Origin: Phyllobates terribilis
Taxonomy: Eukaryota
Direction: 5' to 3'
Assembly (NCBI RefSeq): GCF_046119375.1
Contig: NW_027362761.1
Location: forward strand, 785,354,001 to 785,418,000
DNA length: 64,000 nt
Each line of letters starts with the position of its first letter. Position 1 is the first letter of the stretch. The notes under the pieces are model-generated. The model made no database searches and had not been told where the DNA came from. It worked only from the letters and a program-made list of their open reading frames with translations. Of the stretch, positions 45,576 to 58,263 are shown piece after piece. Position numbers and translations under genes: made by a program.

Positions 45576-46075
45576 GATTCCGGTGAGGGGATGCCACGTA
45601 AAATGATAACAGCAACCTGACCCACCGCAGTCTCCAACGGAAAAGATCCGCGTAGCTCCCGCCCTCCCTTTATATACACAGGATCGGAGCCAATGCCATC
45701 GCTCGCTCTCCGTGACGTCACGCAGGCCACCGAGCAACGATTGGCTGCTGGGAAGCGGTGGAACGCAAGGCGGTCGGAAGTGATCCCAGCTGGCTACTGC
45801 GCCACCTCGTGAACAGGGCAGACAATGGTGGAGTGTGAGCGGCGTGGGGAGTGCAAAATGGCGCTGAGGCCGTGTGTAAAATCAGGAGTGTGCTTCTCTG
45901 CCCGAGCTCTGCTATTAAAGTGAATGTAGTCACGTAACGACACTCACGCGCTGGCCGGTGGCGGCTCGCTGCAGTGTGTAAGGCACAGCTAGAAGCCGTC
46001 TGCACCCGCCGGTTATTGGCAGCCCCCTCCCCTCTCCACAGCGGCTTCCGCTCTGACTACCGAGAGCGAGGAAAC
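45576..46075. promoter_or_regulatory. HNRNPDL/ENOPH1 bidirectional CpG-rich promoter
   Basis: TATATAAA (minus, 45676-45669), CTTTTCC initiator-like at 45645, CRE TGACGTCA 45713-45720, CCAAT boxes, ETS CGGAAGTG 45775-45782, YY1 CAAAATGGCG 45854-45863. Confidence 0.8.
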
Positions 46076-46147
46076 ATGGTGCCGCCCTCCGTCACTGTCA
46101 TCCTGCTAGATATCGAGGGCACCACCACCCCCATCACCTTCGTCAAG
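46076..46147 (+). CDS. ENOPH1: Enolase-phosphatase E1 exon 1 (MVPPSVTVILLDIEGTTTPITFVK)
   Basis: HAD motif I variant LLDIEGTT, aaacATGG Kozak, AAG|gtaagg donor. Confidence 0.95.
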
Positions 46148-46348
46148 GTAAGGATGCGGCCCAACCATCGGCACCAGGGTGGGGGCTGGTACAGGCGCTC
46201 CCCTATCTCCCTGCCGCCAGCACTGCAATACGGGGCTGTGGGACCAGTGCTAGCCACACGGCTACTGTCCATGTGCTCGGGGTCCGAGCGTTATCTAGGT
46301 GTGCTCCATGGCTCTGCATCACTGGGCATCCAGCCTTCATCACTGGTA

Positions 46349-46726
46349 TCCCGGAGCGTCGTCACTCATACCGGCTGTATGTCACCGAGCATGATCACTC
46401 ATACCGGCTGTATGTCCCGGAGCGTGATCACTCATACCGGCTGTATGTCCCGGAGCGTGATCACTCATACCGGCTGTATGTCCCGGAGCGTGATCACTCA
46501 TACCGGCTGTATGTCCCGGAGCGTGATCACTCATACCGGCTGTATGTCCCGGAGCGTGATCACTCATACCGGCTGTATGTCCCGGAGCGTGATCACTCAT
46601 ACCGGCTGTATGTCCCGGAGCGTGATCACTCATACCGGCTGTATGTCCCGGAGCGTGATCACTCATACCGGCTGTATGTCCCGGAGCGTGATCACTCCCG
46701 GAGCGTCGTCACTCATACCGGCTGTC
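46349..46726. repeat. 33-bp CpG-rich minisatellite (tcccggagcgtgatcactcataccggctgtatg), about 11 copies; remnant units at 51409-51452
   Basis: Eight perfect 11-codon repeats in the ORF track. Confidence 0.95.
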
Positions 46727-49700
46727 TTCCGATATCAGGAAATATCGGATCGGATTGGATCGGGCCGATACCCAAAAAGTATCGGATATCGCCGATTCCG
46801 ATACCGGAAACCAATGCAAGTCAATGGGACACAAATATCGGAATGAAAATAAACCCTTTCTTTCCTTGTAGGTTAATTCTACATGAAGGAAAACAACTAA
46901 CAATATTGTAGAATGTATTGGGGGAGGTGGTTGCCCAAATCGATGGGAACAGTGCTCACAGTGAAACATGAAAAGCCGGCAATTCAGCAGCGGCATACAC
47001 CGGTACCCGACAATTTAGAACAGAAAGAATAGAGCTTCACACACAGATTAGATAGAAACATGTCAGTCACATATATAATAAGTACAGTGACAGTGTTGCT
47101 TACTGTACTTGTCATTTACTGTAAAGGATTTATTTTAAAAAATAATAGTGTTTTCATGCACTGTCTCTTTAAAAAAGCCGGCCGGCAATTCAGCAGCGGC
47201 ATACACCGGTACCCGACAATTTAGAATAGAAAGAATAGAGCTTCACACACAGATTAGATAGATAGAAACATGTCAGTCACATATATAATAAGTACAGTGA
47301 TAGTGTTGATTACTGTACTTGTCATTTAGTGTTAAAATAAAGGATTTATTAAAAAAAAAATTGGCGTAGGGTTCCCCATAATTTTAGTCTCTAGCGGAGG
47401 TTAAGCAGACGGCTGGGGCAGATGTTTGAAGTCTGGGAAGGGGGTAATACCCACGGAGCTTCCCAGGCTACTAATATCAGCCCCCAGCTGAATGCCTAGC
47501 CTTTACTAGCTATTAAAATGGGGGACCCCCCAAAAAAATGACGTGGGGTCCCCCCTATTTTAATTGCTAGCAAAGGCTAGGCAGACAGCTGGGGGCTGAT
47601 ATTAATAGCCCAGGAAGGGTGCCATGAATATTGGCCCCCTCCCTGGCTAGAAACACCAGCCGTCAGCCGCCTTAGAAATGGCGCATCCATAGGATGCGCC
47701 AATTCTGGCACTTAGCCTCGCTCTTCCCACTGCCCTGTAGCGGTGGCAGTGGGGTAATAGGGCTGGGGTTGATGTCAGCTTATAATGCCAGCTGACATCA
47801 AGCCCAGGTTAGTAATGGAGAGGCGTCTATAAGACACCCCCATTACTAACCCCATAGTCAAAGTTAAAAAAAAAACACAAACACCCAGAATAAAGTCCTT
47901 TAATTGAAATAAAGACACAATTCTTTATTGTTCTAAATTAAAGCATACTTACCATCACGCCCATTCCAGCTGAAGCCAACGATCTCCTGCAATAAAAGTA
48001 AAATAATAAACCAACATCATCCTTACCTTTCCATGGTTCCCAGGACAGCTCCAGCTCTGCTACATCGAGATGACAGGCTGGACCGCAGCAGAAAGCTGCC
48101 ATCCAGCCTGTCATCCCGCAGACACTGAGAAGCGCAGGCATGCTTGCGCTCCTCAGTGTCTGGCTGTGACGGCATCCAGATGAGCCGACAATGAACTCAG
48201 CTCATCTCATGCACGTCACTGACAGTGTGGGAAAATTCTCCTGCGCATGCGGTGAGCGTGAGAGAATTCTCCTGCTGAAGCGCTGAGCGCAGGAGAATTT
48301 TCCCACGCTGTCAGTGACGTGCATGAGGTGAGCTGAGTTCATTGGACATGACCTCGGCTCATCTGGATGCCGTCACAGCCTGACACTGAGGAGCGCAAGC
48401 AAGCCTGCGCTTCTCAGTGTCTGCGGGATGACAGGCTGGATGGCAGCTTTCTGCTGCGATCCAGCCTGTCATCTCGATGTAGCAGAGCTGAAGCTGTCGT
48501 GGGAACCATGGAAAGGTAAGGATGAGGTTGCTTTATTATTTTTCTTTTATTGCAGGAGATTGTTGGCTTCAGCTGGAATGGGCGTGATGGTAAGTATGGT
48601 TTAATTTAGAACAATAAAGAATTGTGTGTTTATTTCAATTAAAGGACTTTTTTCTGGGTGTTGTGTTTTTTTTAAAGACTTTACTAGAAATTCATGGCGG
48701 TCATGTCTAATATTGGCGTGACCCCATGAATTTCGGGCTCAGGGCCAGCTGATAATGCCAAGCTGGCCCTAACCCTTCATTACCCAGTGAGCCACCGCAC
48801 CAGGGCCCTGGATGAGTTGGGTACAGCGCCAGAAGATGGCGCTTCTATGAACGTGCCGTTTTCCGGGGTGGCTGCGGACTGCAATTTGCAGCGGGGGGGG
48901 GGGGGGGGACTGAAAGCTTGGCCCTCCCTGCGCTGCGGATTCCAGCCCCCAGCTGCCTAGTTGTACCTGGCTGGACACAAAAATAGGGCGAAGCCCCACA
49001 TATTTTTTTTTTTTTAATTATTTCATGAAATAATTAAGAAAAAAAGGGCTTCCCTATATTGTTGTGTCAGGCCAGGTACAAATAGGCAGCTGGTGGTTGG
49101 GGGCAGCCCGTTCCTGCCTGCGGTACCTGGCTGGACACAAATATAGTGCGAAGCCCCACGTCAATTTTTTTAAAATTATTTCATGAATTTCCTGAAATAA
49201 TTTAAAAAAAATTGTTGTGGGGCTTCGCACTATATTTGTGTCCAGCCAGGTACAGCAGGCAGGAACGGGCTGCCCCCAACCACCAGCTGCCTATTTGTAC
49301 CTGGCCGGACACAACAATATAGGGAAGCCCTTTTTTTCTTAATTATTTCATGAATTTCATGAAATAATTTAAAAAAAAAAAAATAAGAAAGGGGCTTCGC
49401 CGTATTTTTGTGTCCAGCCAAGTACAACTAGGCAGCTGGGGGCTGGAATCCGCAGCGCAGGGAGGGCCAAGCTTTCTGGCCCCACCCGCGGCAAATTGCA
49501 GTCCGCAGCCACCCCGGAAAATGGGCGCGTTCATAGAAGCGCCATCTTCTGGCGCTGTACCCAACTCATCCAGGGCCCTGGTGCGGTGGCTCACTGGGTA
49601 ATGAAGGGTTAGGGCCAGCTTGGCATTATCAGCTGGCCCTAAGCCCGAAATTCATGGGGTCACGCCAATATTAGACATGACCGCCATGAATTTCTAGTAA

Positions 49701-51408
49701 AGTATTTAAAAAAAACACAACACCCAGAAAAAAGTCCTTTAATTGAAATAAACACACAATTCTTTATTGTTCTAAATTAAACCATACTTGCCATCACACC
49801 CATTCCAGCTGAAGCCAACGATCTCCTGCAATAAAAGAAAAATAATAAAGCAACCTCATCCTTACCTTTCCATGGTTCCCACGACAGCTTCAGCTCTGCT
49901 ACATCGAGATGACAGGCTGGACCGCAGCAGAACGCTGCCATCCAGCCTGTCATCCCGCAGACACTGAGAAGCGCAGGCTTGCTTGCGCTCCTCAGTGTCT
50001 CTCTGTGACGGCATCCAGATGAGCAGAGGTCATGTCCAATGAACTCAGCTCACCTCATGCACGTCACTGACAGCGTGGGAAAATTCTCCTGCTGAAGCGC
50101 TGAGTGCAGGAGAATTTTCCCACGCTGTCAGTGACGTGCATGAGGTGAGCTGAGTTCATTGTCGGCTCATCTGGATGCTGTCACAGCCAGACACTGAGGA
50201 GCGCAAGCATGCCTGCGCTTCTCAGTGTCTGCGGCATGGCAAGCTGGATGGCAGCTTTCTGCAGCGATCCAGCCTGTCATGTGAATGTAGCAGAGCTGAA
50301 GCTGTCGTGGGAACCATGGAAAGGTAAGGATGATGTTGCTTTATTATTTTACTTTTATTGCAGGAGATCGTTGGCTTCAGCTGGAATGGGCGTGATGGTA
50401 AGTATGGTTTAATTTAGAACAATAAAGGATTGTGTGTTTATTTCAATTAAAGGACTTTATTCTGGGTGTTTGTGTTTTTTTTTTTTAACTTTGACTATGG
50501 GGTTAGTAATGGGGGTGTCTTATAGACGCCTCTCCATTACTTACCTGGGCTTGATGTCAGCTGGCATTATAAGCTGATATCAACCCCAGCCCTATTACCC
50601 CACTGCCACCACTACAGGGCAGTGGGAAGAGCGAGGCTAAGTGCCAGAATTGGCGCATCCTATGGATGCACCATTTCTGGGGCGGCTGACGGCTGGTGTT
50701 TCTAGCCAGGGAGGGGGCCAATATTCATGGCACCCTTCCTGGGCTATTAATATCAGCCCCCAGCTGTCTGCCTAGCTTTTGCTAGCTATTAAAATAGGGG
50801 GGACCCCACGTCATTTTTTGTGGGGGGGGGTCCCCCATTTTAATAGCTAGTAAAGGCTAGGTATTCAGCTGGGGGCTGATATTAGTAGCCTGGGAAGCTC
50901 CGTGGGTATTACCCCTTCCCAGGCTTCAAACATCTGCCCCAGCCGTCTGCTTAACCTCCGCTAGAGACTAAAATTACGGGGGATCCCATGCCAATTTTTT
51001 TTTTAAATAAATCCTTTATTTTAACACTAAATGACAAGTACAGTAATCGACACTATCACTGTACTTCATATATATGTGACTGACATGTTTCTATCTATCT
51101 AATCTATGTGTGATGCTCTATTCTTTCTGTTGTAAATTGTCGGGTACCGCTGCTGAATTGCCGGCCGGCTTTTTTAAAGAGACGGTGCATGAAAACACTT
51201 ATTTTTTTAAATAAATCCTTTAACACTAAATGACAAGTACATTAAGCTGAGCGCTGCCATCCAGCTTGTCATCCTTCAGAGACACTGCAGAGCGCAGGCA
51301 TTATGGGAACTTCCGATTCCGGTATTCTATATTGTAAAAGTATCGGAACTCCGATACAGCGAATATCAGTCGATACCCGATATTTCAGTATCGGAATGCT
51401 CAACACTA
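46727..51408. mobile_element. Large non-autonomous element (hAT-like ...atgctcaacacta right end) containing a 4-kb palindrome
   Basis: Right end tatcggaatgctcaacacta, with only ttccgata left at the left end. Minisatellite on both sides. Confidence 0.6.
47105..51240. repeat. ~2-kb-arm inverted repeat (centre ~49188) with an ~800-bp palindrome in each arm
   Basis: attatttca-tgaatttcc-tgaaataat centre. Sub-palindromes 47870-48675 and 49710-50490. ~207-bp tandem duplication at 46973/47181. Confidence 0.9.
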
Positions 51409-51499
51409 GTCGTCACTCATACCGGCTGTCTGTCCCGGAGCGTCGTCACTCATACTCACCTCTACATCACACATACGCATACATAAAGATCTTCATCAC

Positions 51500-51840
51500 A
51501 TAGTCATAGGCAAAAATGTTGACACCCTTGAAATTGTTCCAGAAAATGAAGTATTTCTCCCTGAAAATTATTGCAATGACACATGTTTTGTTATACATGT
51601 TTATTTCCTTTGTGTGTATTGGAACACCACAAAAAACTGAGAAAAAGGCAAACTGGACAATTTCACAAAAAAAACCAAATGGTCCAATCAAAATTGTTGG
51701 CACCCTCTTCTTAATATTTAGTTGCACACCCTTTGGAATAAATAACTGCAATCAATCGCTTCCTATAACCATCAACAAGCTTCTTACACTTTTCAACTGG
51801 AATTTTTGCCCGCTCTTCTTTTACAAACTGCTCAATCTCT
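51500..51840 (+). mobile_element. Left end of a Tc1-type element, truncated
   Basis: gtcataggcaaaaatgttgacaccc TIR-like start with an internal direct repeat aaaattgttggcaccc. Confidence 0.5.
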
Positions 51841-52850
51841 GACAGCGGCATTTAACAGCGCCGTGCCTGAAGCGTTTCACTTGCCCCGTCCATCAGTGAT
51901 CACGGCTCACTGATGGGTGGGCATGACAACCCTGGGTCTGCAGCAGACTCCAGTGGTTGTCATGTACTGATCGCTATGAGCGCCACCTAGTGGTCGGCGC
52001 TCATAGCACAGGAGCATTTCTGCATACAGGCGATCTGCTGATCACTTCTATGTAGCAGAGGCGATCAGACAAGTGCTGCTTCTAGTCTCCTATGGAGACT
52101 ATAGAAGCAAGCAAAAAGTGTAAAAAAAATATAAACGTTTAAATCACCCCCCTTTCAGGCCAGTCAAACAAATAATAAAAAAAAACACATATTTGATATT
52201 GCCGCTTTCAGAATCACCCGATCTATCAATATAAAAAAAAATTAATCCGATCAGTAAACGGCGTAACGAGAAAAAAATTCTAAACTCCAGAATTACGTTT
52301 TTTGGTCGCCGCAACATTGCAATAAAATGCAATAACGGGCGATCAATACATCAGATCTACCCGAAAATGGTATCAATAAAAACTTAAGCTCGGTGCGCAA
52401 AAAATAAGCCCTCACCTGGCCCCAGATCCCGAAAAATGGAGACGCTACGGGTCTTGGATAATGGCGCCATTTTTTTTTTCAAGCAAACTTTAGATTTTTT
52501 TTTCAATACTTAAATAAAAAAGAACCTATACATGTTTGGTATCTATGAACTCGGAATGACCTGGAGAATAAGAATGGCAGGTCAGTTTTAGCATTCAGTG
52601 AACGTGGTAAAAAAAAAAAAAAAAACATCTGTGGTATTGCACTTTTTTTGCAATTTCACCGCACTTGGAATTTTTTCCAGTACACTATATGGCAAAACCA
52701 GTAATGTCGTTCAAAAGTACAACTCGTCCCGCAAAAAAATAAGCCTTCACACAGCCATATTGACCAAAAAATAAAGACGCTATGGCTCTGGGAACAAGGG
52801 GAGCAAAAAACGAAAATGCAAAAACGGAAAATCCCAGGGTCCTTAAGGGG
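51841..52850. mobile_element. piggyBac-like non-autonomous fragment
   Basis: Ends gtccttaagggg|TTAA. Homologous to 2360-3010. Confidence 0.5.
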
Positions 52851-53819
52851 TTAAATGACCATAATGCACAGCAATGTAAAAAACGACACTTGCCTCTATA
52901 GTAAAATAAAAGTATAAGTGAAAGACACCGGTAAAAAGTATAGGGATAAACTGATGGTGAAGCCGGTTCAGGAAATAGACCGCAGGCATTCACATAAAGT
53001 GGCTTCTGCCATCAGGGAAAAATGCATCATGTGCACATAGGCCATGTTCCCACAGTGAGTACTATGGATGCTGTGCATTTTTTTTTGTGTTCAAATGTTT
53101 TTTACAAGGATTTTTCTTGTTTTTTTCCGCTTTAGGCTGTGTTCCCACGATGAGCTTTTGTTGAGCTTTTGATATTACAGAATTTCTGCACCTATTATTT
53201 AAATTGGGTTACTTGCATTTTTTTTATTGCATTTTTGTGTGTTTTTTTAACATGTTTTTCTCTTGTTTTTGACACTGCAGTTTTTGTCATGTTGGTGTGT
53301 CATGCTTTAAATAAAGCTGCTTTGTTTTTTTACACTTCCTGGTATTTGGCTCTGGCAAAACTTTAATTGGTATACTTAGGTGCGGATTACATTAGTTTTT
53401 GATGCATTTCCACCTCTGAAATGCACGATATAGGCATGGGTTTTTTACCTGAGGATTTTCCACATCTAATTTCAGTCTATGGAAAAATCCGCACAGAAAA
53501 CTTGGCGTACCCACAAGAGAAATTGATATGACACGGATATGAAACACACTCCACTGGTCAGTTTACGCTGTGTTAATAAGAAGCACAGTGGGCATGAGAT
53601 TTTTATTACCCCAATTGCTACCGCACCAGGACAAGTGGGAAGAGCAAGGCTAAGCACCAGATTTGGCACATCTTATTGGTGTGCCATTTCTGGGGCCGCT
53701 GAGGGCTGATGTTATTAGCCTAGGAGGGGAGGGGGGTTCAATAACCATGGCCCCTTTCCCTGGCTATTAATATCAGCCCACAGCAGTCTGTTTAGCCTTT
53801 GCTGGTTAGAATTTATAGG

Positions 53820-54154
53820 CAGGGCTTTGGAGTCGGAGTCCATTTTGATGGAGTCGGAATTGGTATAAAATGGACCATCTCCGACTCCTAAAATATATAA
53901 TAAATTGGGTACAGTAGTTCAATGCAGTTTGTGAGGAATATTTTTTCATAAGAATTTGGGAAAGTTATGAAATGTCCGATAAATGTCTGTCCTATTCCTG
54001 ATCTAAAGGTCTAGACTTTTAACTGAGATGAATCTGTGTGCTACAGTAAATTTATCACTTAAACATGAGCCATGTATGAGGGAGTCGTGGAGTCGGAGTC
54101 GATGGCATGGAAATTGAGGAGTCGGAGGTTTGGCTTACTGACTCCACAGCCCTG
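53820..54154. mobile_element. hAT-type MITE (inverted relative to the 18204 copy)
   Basis: tttatagg|cagggct ... cagccctg|tttctagg, 8-bp TSD with one mismatch. Confidence 0.85.
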
Positions 54155-54766
54155 TTTCTAGGGGGACCCTGCATCATTTTTTTCTGGGGTCCCCATGTAA
54201 ACTAACTAGTAAAGGCTAAGCAAACAACTGTGAGCTATTATTAATAGCCTCAGAACTTTTAGGACTAGTGTCCACTTTCCCAGATTATTAACATCAGCCC
54301 CCAGCGGTTGGCTTTCCCTCTGCTGGTTATGAAAATTACGCTGAAGCCCACGCCATTTTTTAATATTTTTTTTTAATACACGCTAGACACACGCCGACCG
54401 CTGACTACAACTATCATCAGCGTCGCCTGCTCTCGCTGATCGCATGGAGAGCAGGCGACAATGATGAGAGCTGCTTTCAGCACCTGGCGCCTGCAGCGCA
54501 AACTGTACGGCTTTTCCCAGGCGCCGGTATGTGTCACACTGATGACACACGTCATCAGTGTGCACCTGTGTGGGATGTTTTGCGGCTTGTGCTTATGGTA
54601 ATAGACGGAGATGTCAGAGTGTTTTGCTCACGGTCCGTGGAAACACACAGACATGTGCACAGACCCATTCATTTGAATGAGTCTACATGTGTAAGTGTCT
54701 TCACTACTTGTGAAAACTGTCACCACACGGACATGTGAAGGGCCTAAAGTGGAGGACTCCCTCTAA

Positions 54767-54927
54767 GGGCGCAGTCTGACAGCCATATAACACAGACAAC
54801 AATCGCATTTCAATCCTCGGACTGGCCGGCGGATCTCCTGACATGAGCGTGACAACTTGCATTCGGGCGAGTCCGAAAATTACGATGTGATCGTCGTCTG
54901 TGTTATACGGCTGTCTGACTGCATCCT
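54767..54927. mobile_element. Small Harbinger-like MITE
   Basis: gcagtctgacagccatataacacagac ... gtctgtgttatacggctgtctgactgc. Confidence 0.6.
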
Positions 54928-56097
54928 CTTATATAGGATGAGGCCATTTTGGAGAAGAGCTCCTTTGTTGCACCCAGAGGAGTGCCTTTGTGTAAGATCA
55001 GTCATTTGGTAGCATCGACTGACCCTGACTAGTGCTGAAGGTCAATTGGTGCCTGGACTATAATTATCTGTCAGACTGGTGCTGTGCAATCTAATACCCA
55101 TGAATGTTCAGAAGTAAAGGAAGTGGCCCTTTATTTCTGCAGGAGGGGAGTAGAGGTTTCTGCTGAAATTCTCAGTCCTCTCGCCTGATTACATGATTCT
55201 CCTTCTGTCTACAAACACAAGAACCATAATTGTTATATTTTGGTGTCATTAGACTGTCATTTCCGTTCCCTTAGGAACCATATAAATTGGCATGTACGGC
55301 TTGTAGAATATTATGGCTTGGGCAGGTGGATGGGTTCTCTTGCCGGGTAGATTGTAGATGCAGGCGTGCTCTTTTCCTGGCAATTCCCCTGTTACTTTCT
55401 CTGTAATGAGGCTGCGGTGACAAAAGAAAGAGCATATGGCTCCTCTACATGTCTCAAACAGCCCGCAGCCTTTATATCAGAATCAATGGAAAGTCTGTGT
55501 GTCCACGCCCTAGATCGTCGCCATAATCAGCTTGTGAATATAGTCACTGATCAGCTATTTCTCCTAGATAAGTCTATGGGTAATCCGGCCATGCACACTT
55601 GGTTCACCCTGGTAATCACCAGTATTGCAGCACATGTACACACTACAATGATCGTAAGATGCAAACCAAAGTGGCTATAGGGAAAACTATACGCCTTGTG
55701 TCATTTTACCTTCGACATGGAGGTAGCATGCCGGGCAGTAGTTACCAAGGCAACCGAGTAATCTTGTGCACAGCTCTTTTTCTTATTACCGAGCACAAGA
55801 CATCTGGGGCCTCGCACATCACTACTCTCACGAGAATCGTAGTCTGTGTAACTGAAGTTCTCAGAAAAGACCTGTCATGGGAAACAGAGGATTATGGAGC
55901 GATTGCAGCCTTGGGCCTTCAAGGAGCTGTATCTTGTAGGGCATATGGATGACACAGAGGCTAGTCCTCTCCCCATCCATGATCTAGAGTAGAAAGCAGC
56001 TTCTTCTCTAATGGCTAGACTACCAATCTGGAAGGTGGCCATGTAATACTGTATTTACCCTTCTTTAATTCCCATATAAAACTTTGACTGCTTTGAA

Positions 56098-58263
56098 AAT
56101 TATTATTTATTATTATAGTGCCATTTATTCCATGGCGCTTTACATGTGAAAAAATAGGGTATACATAGCAAAAACCATTACAATAATCTTTTTTACAAGT
56201 CAGTGACTGGTACAGGAGGAGAGAGGACCCTGCCCGCAAGAGCTCACAATCTACAAGGGATGGGTGAGGATACAGTAGGTCAGGGTACAGCTAGTCGTGC
56301 AGCGGTATGGTGGAGCGGTGGTTACTGTAGGTTGTAGGCTTGACGGAAGAGGTGGGTCTTCAGGTTCCTTTTGAAGGTTTCCACGGTAAGCGAGAGTCTG
56401 ATATGTTGGGGTAGAGTTCCAGAGTAGGGGGGATGCATGGGAGAAATCTTGTATGTGATTGTGGTAAGAGGAGAGTAGAGAAGGAGATCTTGTGAGGATT
56501 GGATGTTGCGTGCAGGTTAGTACCGAGAGACTAGGTCACAGATGTATGGAGGAGACAGGTTGTGAATGGCTTTGTATGCCAAAGTTAGGGTTTTAAACTG
56601 GAGTTTCTGGGCAATAGGGAACCAGTGAAGGGATTCACAGAGAGGAGAGGCCGGGAAATAGCGGGGAGACAGGTGGATTAGTCGGGCAGCAGAGTTTAGA
56701 ATAGATTGGAGGAATGAGAGAGTGTTAGAAGGGAGGCCAAAGAGTAGGAGGTTGAAGTAGTCGAGGCGGGGAGAGGATGAGGGCGTACACTAGTGTTTTT
56801 GCAGATTCTTGGTTGAGGAATGTGCGGATCCCGGAGATATTTTTGACTTTGAGTCGGTAGGAAGTGGAAAGGGCTTGGATATATGGTTTGAAGTAAAGAT
56901 CAGAGACCAGGGTTACACCGAGGCAGTGAGCTTGTGAGACTGGAGAGAGTGGGCAGCCATTGACTTTGATAGATAGGTCAGATGGGGGGTTTGAGTGAAA
57001 TGGGGAAAAATTATGAATTCTGTTTTGTCTGTTAAATTTTAGAAATCTAGCAGAGAAAAAGGATGAAATAGCGGACAGACATTGTGGGATTATGGTTATT
57101 GAGGAGGTGATCTCAGATCCAGAGAGGTAGATCTATGTGTCATTAGCATAGAGGTGATACTGAAAGCCGTGAGACTCTATGAGCTGTCCCAGGCCGAAGG
57201 TGTAGATGAGGAAGAGTAGGGGTTCGAGAACTGAACCCTGGGGGACACCAACAGATAGGGGGCGAGATGAGGAGGTGGTGTAAGAGTGGGAGACACTGAA
57301 TGTCCGTTCTGTTAGGTATGAGGAGATCCAAGATAGGGCCAAGTCTGTGATGAATCTGTAGGGAATGGTCCACTGTGTCTAAGGCAGATGACAGGGCCAG
57401 GAGGAGGAGGACAGAGTAGTGTTGCTTGGATTTGCCAGTTAGTAGTTCGATGATGACTTTAGTCAGGGCCGTTTCAGTGGAGTGATGCGGTTGGAAGCCA
57501 GATTGTAAGCAGTCAAAGAGGGAGCTGGAAGAGAGGTGGAAGGACAGTTCAAAGTGGACTTGTTGTTCCAGTAGTTTTGAGGCATAGGAGAGAAGTGATA
57601 TGGCACGATAGCTGGACACAGAGGATGGGTCAAGGGAGGGCTTTTTGAGGATGGGTGTGATTGAGGCATGTTTGAAACATGAGGGGAAGACACCAGTTGT
57701 TAGTGACAAGTTGAAGAGGTGGGTTAAGGTTGGGATGAAGACTGTGGTAAGTTTCAGGATGAGATGGGACAGGATTGGGTCAAGTTCACTGGTGGTGAGG
57801 TGTGATTTGGAGAGTAAAGAGGAAACTTGATCTTCTGTAATGGAGGAGAAGCTGGTTTTGGAGGAGGAAGGTTGAGTAGATATGAGGAGGGGCTGTGGGG
57901 ACTTGAAGCAAAAGCTTTGTCTGACTGTGTCAATCTTCTGCTTGAAGAATGAGGCAAAGTCTTCAGCTGAGAGGAGAGGGAAGAAGCGCTGGGGGACGGA
58001 GGAGAGAATTGAAGATGTTGAATAGCTGTTTAGGGTTGTGAAGCAGAGGATATGAGAGATGAGAAGTAGGTTTGTTTTGCTGCAGTTAAGTGTGGACTTG
58101 AAGATAGTGAAGACTGTTTAAATGCGATGAAGTGCTCCTTGGAGTGGGACCGTTTCCATCTCCATTCAGCAACCCGTGAAGCCCTTCTCCATTCTTTAGT
58201 CAGGTTGGTGTGCCAGGGTTGCCTATTGATTGTGCGAGCTTTGGTATATGTGAAAGGGGCGAC
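56098..58263 (-). mobile_element. 5'-truncated L2 LINE with 3' (AAT)n-type tail, same family as 21870-24830
   Basis: [21 protein letters not shown]. Tail tattatttattattatagtgcc at 56101 on the plus strand. Confidence 0.88.

Noticed and set aside
45718-46005. Minus-strand ORF as the long HNRNPDL N-terminus
   Set aside because: It starts at GTG, is out of frame with exon 1, and stops at 45718. The shared QQP reflects the CCAAT-box DNA.
45974-46846. 290-aa ORF
   Set aside because: It is ENOPH1 exon 1 read through a strong donor into the 33-bp VNTR. The track start is a non-ATG codon upstream of the real ATG at 46076.
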